Counted from the first letter of the stretch, positions 7,408 to 14,823 are shown. The stretch: 32,000 nucleotides of DNA from Cylindrospermopsis raciborskii Cr2010 (GCF_003367075.2 NZ_CP065936.1:2940001-2972000); one strand, 5' to 3'. Numbers and translations: made by a program. The notes: a model not told the origin generated them from the sequence alone.

Positions 7408-7450
7408 TCGGTTACAGTGTCTACAACGAGCGATTGCTTCGCAATCGCCC

Positions 7451-7670
7451 TTTGCAGGTCATCTTTGAAAATGGGCAATAGATGAGGCTTTCCCTGGAAA
7501 AATTAATTCAAACCCGAGAGCGTTACTGGCGTCTAAAGAGTCCTCGTTATTTTCGTCAGGCTCAGATAGATACACTAGGGGGGATTTGCTGGCCTGAAGG
7601 GGAAGATTTGGCACCGGATGGATTGGAACGGTATCTGATAATAGATACAACAAACTCACATATACCATAA
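7451..7670 (+). pseudogene. DUF2442 gene, 5'-truncated with in-frame nonsense (GAG to TAG at 7479-7481)
   Basis: Homology to 13590-13874 starts at tttgcaggtcatc. caatagatg here versus caagagatg in intact copies. Confidence 0.8.
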
Positions 7671-7768
7671 TTTAGCCAGTAACACTTCTATCTCAATGAC
7701 GATAAATTTAGACCTCGGGGGTGGTAGTTAACAGCAGTGTGTGCAAAACAGACTGGCGATCGCCCATA

Positions 7769-7884
7769 GGGAGTGCTTCCCAATCGCCCTTTTAATTTGA
7801 AATAAATTCATATAAACAACGCTGTTGAGGGGGTCAAAACCGGTTGACCCGATGTGTAATCGAAATCTGTAATGTTAAACCATC
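7769..7884 (+). repeat. DR + Y hairpin module, variant c
   Basis: gggagtgcttcccaatcgcccttttaatttgaaataaattcatataaacaacgctgttgagggggtcaaaaccggttgacccgatgtgtaatcgaaatctgtaatgttaaaccatc. Copies at 15899-16014 and 16379-16494. Confidence 0.8.
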
Positions 7885-8083
7885 TTACCAATCTTTTAAT
7901 ACTCCTATATCAATCATTCGTCCTTTTAATACCTATGGACCTCGACAATCAGCACAGCTTGTGGGATGGGAACCTTTATATGGTGGGCGTGAGGGATTTA
8001 AGCAGGGTTTGGCAGAAACGGCAGAATGGTTTATGAACCCGACAAATTTGGCAGGGTATAAGAGCGATCGCTACAACATTTGA
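7885..8083 (+). pseudogene. legB: LegB-like NAD-dependent 4,6-dehydratase remnant (5'-truncated, internal deletion)
   Basis: PISIIRPFNTYGPRQSA joined directly to LVGWEPLYGGREGFKQGLAETAEWFMNPTNLAGYKSDRYNI*. These are SDR dehydratase motifs separated by a missing block of roughly 100 aa. Confidence 0.6.
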
Positions 8084-8372
8084 GGGTCACTGGGGAAGTG
8101 GAAAAACTGGAACAGAATTTTTTATGCGGGCTAAAAGCTGTATTGGGAGAGCCGAATCCTTTTGTGCCACTCCATGAGCCTGAGTTTATGGGTAATGAGT
8201 GGGAATTGGTCAAAAATTGCCTTGATTCCACCTTTGTTTCGTCTGTTGGTAAATACGTTGATCGCTTTGAGGTCATGCTGGCGGAATATACAGGAGCAAA
8301 ATATGCTGTAGCGGTAGTAAATGGCACTGCTGCTCTGCATATCGCTTTGTTATTGGCAGGGGTTAGACCGGT
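8080..8372 (+). pseudogene. legC: LegC-family (DegT/DnrJ/EryC1) aminotransferase, N-terminal ~95 codons only
   Basis: FVPLHEPEFMGNEWELVKNCLDSTFVSSVGKYVDRFEVMLAEYTGAKYAVAVVNGTAALHIALLLAGVRP, then a junction into the H-element. Confidence 0.65.
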
Positions 8373-8400
8373 GCTTTGAAGTTGCATTTATATATATCCC

Positions 8401-8565
8401 GTTGGTTTGTTGGGTTTCGTGCCTCAACCCAACCTACGATTACCCACGACAAAACCAGTCGGGTTTAACCGACTTGCGCTTTGAGACCGAGAATTGATTC
8501 CCGGTCTCCCCCACGGACAGTCTCCAGGTAAGGGTTAATTTAAACAATGACGAGTAATTCCTTGG
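8401..8565 (+). repeat. H-element, full copy (H1, H2, H3 hairpins + tail)
   Basis: H1 ttgggtttcgtgcctcaacccaa. H2 cagtcgggtttaaccgacttg. H3 gagaccgagaattgattcccggtctc. Then ccccacggacagtctccagg...gagtaattccttgg. Confidence 0.8.
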
Positions 8566-8579
8566 GGATCTCCCAATGA

Positions 8580-8826
8580 TGTAAAGAAATGTAAAATAAT
8601 CGCAATCCTTGGTTTATTTATGCAACAAGTTATGATATTATGCCGGCATGAGGTAATTGTTCCTCCTGTTTCTAAATGAAATATAAACTAAACCATAAGG
8701 TGCAGAGCTTTGACGGTCTATATGATCTCAGTTCGTACCAACTAGACTCATCTACCTAGGTGGCTAGTGGTAGGATGTCTCTGTCTCAATTTTAAACTAT
8801 AACGAATAATCACGGGTAATTCGTTG
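8580..8826 (+). repeat. X-module, diverged copy X1 (promoter TTGGTT-16-TATGAT at 8609-8636)
   Basis: Aligns with 16015-16286 and 20360-20632. Conserved core ataaggtgcagagctttgacggtcta.atgatctcagttcg. Confidence 0.7.
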
Positions 8827-8865
8827 GCGATCGCACTCTCCCTAGTCCGGAGCATCAGGCCTCCT

Positions 8866-9717
8866 TGGATCGAGCGGGAAAGTGATGTTTTGCTCAAGGC
8901 CCATAGTCCTGAGTGTGGCGATTTTATTCTACTGAATGAGCTACAACTGCGCCATGATGCTAAGATGCCCCGAAGAATGCGAGCTTATGCTGCTCTAGTA
9001 GAGGAAAAGTATGGGCTACTAGTCTATCCAGTGGTCGTCAATATTCTTCAACCTGGGCCGACGGAGATAATTCCCAGCCATTATGAGTCGGAAATTATGG
9101 GCTGTAGGGCCTATCAGGACTATCGGGTGATTAATTTGTGGGAGATTGAGGCGGAGACGGTGTTTGAGCAAAATCTGTCTTCCTTGCTACCGTTTGTCCC
9201 AATTTTGAAGGGGGGTAATAGTGAGGTAAATCTCCGTCAGGCTCTACTCAGTCTTCACAAGAATGAAGTGTTGGGGGATTTGGAGCCGTTGTTGTCTTTT
9301 CTTGCTAGCTTTGTATTTGATATCCCTTTAGTGCAACAAATGATGAGGTGGGACATGACGGTATTACGTGAATCGCCCTGGTACAACGAAATTCTTAAGG
9401 AAGGTCTTCAGGAAGGTCTTCAGAAAGGTCTTCAGGAAGGCGAACTTCGAGGAGAACAACGTGGAAGACAAGAAGGAAGACAAGAAGGACAGCAAAAGAT
9501 AATATTACTGTTGCTGAATCACAAGTTTGATGGAATTGAGTTACCTGTGGTGGAAAGGATAAACAGACTATCATTAGAGCAATTAGAAGCACTGGGTGAA
9601 TCTTTACTGGATTTTAAACAGATTTCTGATTTAGAAGCATGGTTAAAAGACGCAGAAAAATCCAATGATCTAAAACCACAAGTTGATATCCAAAATGGCA
9701 ATCAACTGGATGTGTAA
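8866..9717 (+). pseudogene. Rpn-type nuclease copy B4, 5'-truncated (lacks ~43 N-terminal codons), 7 VNTR units
   Basis: Homology to B begins at ggatcgagcgggaaagtg. Upstream is an unrelated 40-mer. Several substitutions (IIPSHYESE, LSLHKNE, GIELPV). Confidence 0.75.
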
Positions 9718-9739
9718 TCGGTCACAATGTCTACAACGA

Positions 9740-9770
9740 GCGATTGCTTCGCAATCGCCCTTTTGATTTA
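9740..9770 (+). terminator. Hairpin gcgattgc-ttc-gcaatcgc followed by cccttttgattt (intrinsic-terminator-like; this is the DR motif)
   Basis: 8-bp GC-rich stem with a T-rich tract 3 nt downstream. The same 3' half recurs about 10 times in the window. Confidence 0.4.
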
Positions 9771-9817
9771 AAATAAATTTACATGTACCACAATTAATAG
9801 ACTACAATCACCCACCC

Positions 9818-11656
9818 ATGTCCCTACCTCAAGACCTCCACCGACTATACCGCCTGCTCCCTTCCCATCGTCGTCAACAACTACTGTGGTTATTTATCCT
9901 CATGCTGCTCACTGCTACTAGTGAAGTCATTAGCCTAGGAGCAGTCCTCCCCTTTTTAGGTGCCCTAAGTAACGCCAACGGAGTGCTACAAAATCCCACA
10001 TTCCAACCCCTTTGGCAGAAATTAGAAGTCTCCACCACCTTTCACCTGGTACTTTGGTTGGCTGGAACCTTTGGTATGGCAGTCATATTAGCCAATATCC
10101 TACGCATAATTACTCTCCGCTCCCAATTGAGATTTGCAGCCGCCATAGCCAGTGAACTCAGTTGTGAAGTGTATCGCCGGGTTTTGTATCAACCCTACAG
10201 CTTTCATGTTCGCCACAGCAGTAACGAATTAATTGCCGGGATTACAAGTGATATTAGTCTGGTGAGTAACACTATTTTACCCCAAACTCTATTGTTGGCG
10301 GTCAATACAATGATTGTCATTGCCCTGGTGCTATCGGTTGTGATCATCAGTCCAGGAATTGCTATTGGGACAGCAGTAACCCTGGGGGTCAGTTACTGGA
10401 TTTTGCTAGAAGTGAGCAAACACACTTTAGCTAATAATAGCCATACTATTACCAGTCAGAACCGATTTTTGATTAAGTATCTGCAAGAGGGTTTAGGGGG
10501 AATCAGAGATGTAATTCTGGAAAGGAACCAAGGCATATTCGTCAATAGCTATGGTCAGGTAGATAGACCACTGCGGTTGGCAAGTGCCAATAATGTTTTA
10601 ATCAGCTCAGTACCTCGTTATGTTATTGAACCTATAGCCATGGTGGCAATCTGTACCATTGCCGTGGTCATGGCATATCAGCAGGAGCAATTAGCTAGAG
10701 TAGTTCCCATTTTAGGGGCTTTAGCTTTAGCTGCCAACCGCCTCTTACCAGCTTTACAGGGATGCTTTGGTTCAATTGCATCCCTGCGGGGGAACCAAGT
10801 ATCTCTGCAAAAGGTTTTAGAGAAGTTGGCCATGCCCGTGGATATGTTGCCCATCCCCCAGGGAATGGGAAAGCCTTTAAATCAGAGCTTACAGTTACGG
10901 AATATCTGGTTTCGTTATAGTCCATCCACACCTTGGGTATTACGGGATTTGTGTTTGGAGATTAAAGCCAATACCACCGTGGGTTTTATCGGTACCACTG
11001 GTAGTGGTAAAAGTACCACAGCAGACCTGATTCTGGGGTTATTACAGCCAGAAAAGGGAGAGATTTTAGTAGATGGGGAACCCCTAGAAGGAGAAAGATT
11101 AGCCAATTGGCAACGCACTATTGCCCATGTACCTCAAAGTATTTTTCTCAGTGATGCTACCATAGCGGAAAATATTGCCTTTGGTGTACCCCTGGGTGAA
11201 ATAGATATGGAGCGAGTGCAGGAAGCAGCAAGACTAGCTCAAATTGCGGATTTTATAGAAGGTCGAGAGGGAGGATATGAAGAAATTGTGGGTGAGCGGG
11301 GTATTCGGTTATCTGGTGGTCAGCGTCAACGAATTGGCATTGCCAGGGCATTGTATAAACGAGCTTCTGTAATTGTTTTGGATGAGGCCACCAGCGCCCT
11401 AGATAATACCACAGAAAAGGAAGTGATGGCAGCAATTGAGGGGTTAAGTCATCGGTTAACTGTGATTTTGATTGCTCATCGATTGAGTACGCTGGAAAAA
11501 TGCGATCGCATTTTTCAGTTGGATCAGGGACAGGTTTGTCAAGAAGGCGATCGCCATGGTGATTCGCCAACTAACTCGGCGACTGGGGGAGTTGTCGGAG
11601 CAACGGGTGGGACAGATCCGGCAATTGTCAGTACCTCAATTAGAAGCACTGGCTGA
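9818..11656 (+). CDS. ABC transporter permease/ATP-binding fusion protein (MsbA-like exporter), native 3' end replaced after ~nt 11548
   Basis: N-terminal TM region. Walker A GTTGSGKST, signature LSGGQRQR, Walker B VIVLDEATSALD, H-loop IAHRLST. After ..LDQGQVCQEG the frame reads out-of-frame DUF4351-tail DNA. Confidence 0.85.
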   Translation: MSLPQDLHRLYRLLPSHRRQQLLWLFILMLLTATSEVISLGAVLPFLGALSNANGVLQNPTFQPLWQKLEVSTTFHLVLWLAGTFGMAVILANILRIITLRSQLRFAAAIASELSCEVYRRVLYQPYSFHVRHSSNELIAGITSDISLVSNTILPQTLLLAVNTMIVIALVLSVVIISPGIAIGTAVTLGVSYWILLEVSKHTLANNSHTITSQNRFLIKYLQEGLGGIRDVILERNQGIFVNSYGQVDRPLRLASANNVLISSVPRYVIEPIAMVAICTIAVVMAYQQEQLARVVPILGALALAANRLLPALQGCFGSIASLRGNQVSLQKVLEKLAMPVDMLPIPQGMGKPLNQSLQLRNIWFRYSPSTPWVLRDLCLEIKANTTVGFIGTTGSGKSTTADLILGLLQPEKGEILVDGEPLEGERLANWQRTIAHVPQSIFLSDATIAENIAFGVPLGEIDMERVQEAARLAQIADFIEGREGGYEEIVGERGIRLSGGQRQRIGIARALYKRASVIVLDEATSALDNTTEKEVMAAIEGLSHRLTVILIAHRLSTLEKCDRIFQLDQGQVCQEGDRHGDSPTNSATGGVVGATGGTDPAIVSTSIRSTG

Positions 11657-11738
11657 ATCTTTACTGGACTTTAGACAGATTTCTGATTTAGAAGCATGGT
11701 TAAAAGACGCAGAAAAATCCAATGATCTGAGGAGATAG
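11556..11738 (+). other. Free-standing DUF4351-domain mini-ORF (60 aa) starting at the HIP1 junction
   Basis: MVIRQLTRRLGELSEQRVGQIRQLSVPQLEALAESLLDFRQISDLEAWLKDAEKS. It is a relic of a third Rpn paralog (cf. 2645-2712). Expression is unknown. Confidence 0.45.
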
Positions 11739-11848
11739 GTAAGGAACTGTTGCAAAATGCAGAAGCTGAATCTTTACTGGATTTTAGACAGATTTCTGAT
11801 TTAGAAGCATGGTTAAAAGACGCAGAAAAATCCATTGTGTGATTATTT

Positions 11849-12871
11849 ATGGTAAAAAAATCAGATATTGGCGGTAAACGTTTAATTGGACTTAGTCCAC
11901 AAGCTTGGGGGCGTTGGGTCACGGGGGATAAAACGATCAAAGTTCAGGAAATTATTAACAGTGAACTTCAATGGATCGAGCGGGAAAGTGATGTTTTGCT
12001 CAAGGCCCATAGTCCTGAGTGTGGCGATTTTATTCTACTGAATGAGCTACAACTGCGACATGATGCTAAGATGCCCCGACGAATGCGAGCTTATGCTGCT
12101 CTAGTAGAGGAAAAGTATGGGCTACTAGTCTATCCAGTGGTCGTCAATATTCTTCAACCTGGGCCGACGGAGATAATTCGCAGCCGTTATGAGTCCGAAA
12201 TTATGGGTTGTAGGGCCTATCAGGACTATCGGGTGATTAATTTGTGGGAGATTGAGGCGGAGACGGTGTTTGAGCAAAATCTGTCTTCCTTGCTACCGTT
12301 TGTCCCAATTTTGAAGGGGGGTAATAGTGAGGTAAATCTGCGTCAGGCTCTACTCAATCTTCGCAAGAATCAAGTGTTGGGGGATTTGGAGCCGTTGTTG
12401 TCTTTTTTTGCTAGCTTTGTATTTGATATCCCTTTAGTACAACAAATGATGAGGTGGGACATGACGGTATTACGTGAATCGCCCTGGTACAACGAAATTC
12501 TTAAGGAAGGTCTTCAGAAAGGTCGTCAGGAAGGTCTTCAGGAAGGTCTTCAGGAAGGCGAACTTCGAGGAGAACAACGTGGAAGACAAGAAGGTCTTCA
12601 GGAAGGAAGACAAGAAGGAAGACAAGAAGGAAGACAAGAAGGACAGCGAAAGATAATATTACTGTTGCTGAATCACAAGTTTGATGGAATCGAGTCACCT
12701 GTGGTGGAAAGGATAAACAGACTATCACTAGAGCAATTAGAAGCAATGGGTGAATCTTTACTGGATTTTAGACAGATTTCTGATTTAGAAGCGTGGTTAA
12801 AAGACGCAGAAAAATCCAATGATCTAAAACCACAAGTTGATATCCAAAATGGCAATCAACTGGATGTGTAA
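11849..12871 (+). CDS. Rpn-type nuclease with DUF4351 tail, copy B5 (11 VNTR units)
   Basis: 340 aa. N to S at IIRSRYESE plus synonymous differences. Preceded by a shortened leader relic at 11738-11848. Confidence 0.75.
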   Translation: MVKKSDIGGKRLIGLSPQAWGRWVTGDKTIKVQEIINSELQWIERESDVLLKAHSPECGDFILLNELQLRHDAKMPRRMRAYAALVEEKYGLLVYPVVVNILQPGPTEIIRSRYESEIMGCRAYQDYRVINLWEIEAETVFEQNLSSLLPFVPILKGGNSEVNLRQALLNLRKNQVLGDLEPLLSFFASFVFDIPLVQQMMRWDMTVLRESPWYNEILKEGLQKGRQEGLQEGLQEGELRGEQRGRQEGLQEGRQEGRQEGRQEGQRKIILLLLNHKFDGIESPVVERINRLSLEQLEAMGESLLDFRQISDLEAWLKDAEKSNDLKPQVDIQNGNQLDV

Positions 12872-13052
12872 TCGGTTACAGTGTCTACAACGAGCGATCG
12901 CAAAGCAGATCTCCTGTAAGGAGTGCTTCGCAATCGCCCTTTTAAACCGTTCATGAAGTGGGATTCGTTTTAAACTCAACCTACCAAGTGTTATACTTAA
13001 TTAGATACTAATACGGCGAGCGAGGCGACCTGCCATTTTTGAGGTATACACG

Positions 13053-13346
13053 ATGCAGATTATCGATTATGAAGCCGACTTTTATGCTTGGGCAAGCCAG
13101 CAGGCAGAACTTCTGCGACAACGGCAAGCGAGTTTCTTAGACTGGATGAATCTCGCTGAAGAAATCGAAGCAATGGGTCGTTCAGAAAAACGCCAGCTTG
13201 CCACTCGCCTGGAGGTGCTCATCATGCATCTGCTAAAGTGGCACTATCAGCCCAATCTCAGATCTCAGAGTTGGCAGTTGACCATCCAAGAACAACGCCT
13301 GCGGTTAGGCAAGCTTTTGCAAGAAAACCCGGTGCGTAATATGTGA
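13053..13346 (+). pseudogene. DUF29 family protein, probably 3'-truncated
   Basis: IDYEADFYAWASQQAELLRQ..LAEEIEAMGRSEKRQL..LLKWHYQP is the DUF29 signature. The ORF ends after LQENP, where family members normally continue for about 40-50 aa. Confidence 0.55.
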
Positions 13347-13378
13347 TAATAATTGAACCTAGTAGCGAGAATTTGACA

Positions 13379-13606
13379 ATGCCGCGAGTCGCTTTTTTCT
13401 TTGGAATTTCCATTTATATGTACATGGATGACCATGGGATACCTCATTGTCATGCCATGTATGGAGATTTTGCCGGTTCATTTAGCCTTGAAGACGGTGA
13501 ACCTCTAGCGGGGGAGATGCCCCCTGCTCAAGCAAAAAAAATCAAAATATTTATACTGAATAATCAAGTAGAATTACTGGAGAAATGGCATGAACTCTCA
13601 GATTAA
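13379..13606 (+). CDS. DUF4160 domain protein
   Basis: MPRVAFFFGISIYMYMDDHGIPHCHA motif. Overlaps the downstream DUF2442 gene by 17 nt, the usual paired arrangement. Confidence 0.75.
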   Translation: MPRVAFFFGISIYMYMDDHGIPHCHAMYGDFAGSFSLEDGEPLAGEMPPAQAKKIKIFILNNQVELLEKWHELSD

Positions 13607-13874
13607 AACTCCCTGGCTAAAAGCGATAAAGGTAGTTCCTTTGGATGGTTTTCGTTTGCAGGTCATCTTTGAAAATGGGCAAGAGATGAGGCTTTCCCTG
13701 GAAAAATTAATTCAAACCCGAGAGCGTTACTGGCGTCTAAAGAGTCCTCGTTATTTTCGTCAGGCTCAGATAGATACACTAGGGGGGATTTGCTGGCCTG
13801 AAGGGGAAGATTTGGCACCGGATGGATTGGAACGGTATCTGATAATAGATACAACAAACTCACATATACCATAA
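13590..13874 (+). CDS. DUF2442 domain protein (only copy with an intact DUF4160 partner)
   Basis: 94 aa, identical in translation to 2980-3264. Confidence 0.75.
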   Translation: MNSQIKTPWLKAIKVVPLDGFRLQVIFENGQEMRLSLEKLIQTRERYWRLKSPRYFRQAQIDTLGGICWPEGEDLAPDGLERYLIIDTTNSHIP

Positions 13875-14044
13875 TTTAGCCAGTAACACTTCTATCTCAA
13901 TGACGATAAATTTAGACCTCGGGGGTGGTAGTTAACAGGAGTGTGTGCAAAGGCAATCTCCCATAAGGAGTGCTTCGCGATCGCCCGTAGAGAGTGCTTC
14001 CTAATAGCCCTTTTAATTTGAAACAAATTCACATACACCATAAT

Positions 14045-14084
14045 CGCCCACAGCAAAACCAGTCGGTTAAAACCGACTTGAGCT
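14045..14084 (+). repeat. H-element partial copy ending at the H2 hairpin, abutting the intron 3' end
   Basis: cgcccacagcaaaaccagtcggttaaaaccgacttgagct. Other copies continue ttgagaccg..., whereas here the intron remnant follows. Confidence 0.7.
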
Positions 14085-14290
14085 GTCGGGTAAGGGTTGG
14101 ACATCACTATCCTTCCCTCCCCTAAGAACCGGACTTGACGGTTTCCCATCATCCGGCTCAAGCCTTACTTCAAGCCTTTCAACTTGGGTTTTGAGTGTAC
14201 CTGTTTATGACACGCTGAGTGCAAATGCTTCAGGTTTTCTATGTCGTCCAGACCACCTTTTGCAACAGGTACTATGTGGTGGGTTTCGAT
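14085..14290 (-). mobile_element. Group II intron 3' remnant: HNH end of the RT/maturase ORF, domain V, domain VI
   Basis: The minus strand encodes IETHHIVPVAKGGLDDIENLKHLHSACHKQVHSKPKLKGLK* (14290-14168, stop 14167-14165). The 34-nt domain V GAGCCGGAUGAUGGGAAACCGUCAAGUCCGGUUC (14159-14126) has the AGC triad, GAAA tetraloop and 2-nt bulge. Domain VI has a bulged A 7 nt from the 3' end ...cccttAcccgac (end at 14085). Confidence 0.85.
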
Positions 14291-14432
14291 TCCATCTCCA
14301 TTTACGATTACCTACGACAAAACCGGTCGGGTTTAACCGACTTGGGCTTTGAGACCGAGAATTGATTCCCGGTCTCCCCCACGGACAGTCTCCAGGTTTG
14401 GATTAACTCAACCAAGTCACGGGTAATTCCTT
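14281..14432 (+). repeat. H-element copy joined to the truncated side of the intron remnant
   Basis: The junction shares tgggtttcg between the intron HNH coding sequence and the H1 hairpin. Then acgacaaaaccggtcgggtttaaccgacttgggctttgagaccgagaattgattcccggtctccc... Confidence 0.75.
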
Positions 14433-14497
14433 CCCAATCGCATCCCCCTCTTACTAAAAAGCGATCTCCCATTTGGTTTTTCTCAACTCAACCTACA

Positions 14498-14692
14498 ATG
14501 ACCCATATAGACAAATCCTGTGACATCTTAATAGTCGGAGGTGGTATTGTCGGTTTAGCTACAGCCTTCCGTATTTTCCAATCCCGCCCGGATCTCCGAT
14601 TAGTCCTCCTAGAAAAAGAATCCACCCTGGCTAAACATCAAACCGGCAATAATAGCGGTGTCATTCACTCCGGTCTCTATTTAAGTTGGTGA
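14498..14692 (+). pseudogene. lhgO: L-2-hydroxyglutarate oxidase (LhgO-like FAD oxidoreductase), first ~60 codons only
   Basis: [16 protein letters not shown] dinucleotide-binding motif and [15 protein letters not shown], then loss of homology and a stop. Confidence 0.6.
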
Positions 14693-14823
14693 CTACGGGG
14701 TTTAGTCCTCAGTATTCGGTGGATGATGCTATTGAGGAGATTATTGCTAAGTATCAATCAGGAGAATTGGTGGAGAGCGATCGCTGTTATACTGTGAGAT
14801 GGATGAAGCAGTTGAATCTTTGA
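14689..14823 (+). pseudogene. C-terminal tail of an NAD-dependent sugar epimerase/dehydratase (SDR)
   Basis: [44 protein letters not shown] resembles the C-terminus of WcaG-like epimerases. It is in a different frame from the lhgO fragment. Confidence 0.45.

Larger units (their letters stand above)
3646..7450 (+). repeat. Head-to-tail tandem array of three complete B-gene units (periods 1290 and 1242 bp)
   Basis: Unit starts at 3646, 4936 and 6178. Each unit has a promoter-like site, leader, ORF and hairpin. Length differences map to the 12-nt VNTR. Confidence 0.9.

Noticed and set aside
8031-8387. 118-aa and 69-aa minus-strand ORFs antisense to legC' (also at 16641-16997)
   Set aside because: The sense strand carries clear DegT-family motifs, whereas the antisense products are low-complexity.
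9779-9808. Possible promoter TTACAT-18-TACAAT in front of the ABC transporter
   Set aside because: The hexamers are plausible, but the predicted TSS would fall only ~3-8 nt before ATG 9818 (a near-leaderless mRNA). The -35 is weak. It was not reported as a feature.
13892-14161. 89-aa minus-strand ORF (and similar ORFs 3322-3525 and 17034-17273)
   Set aside because: They read through intron domains V/VI or through H-element/DR repeats. The products have no recognisable domain.
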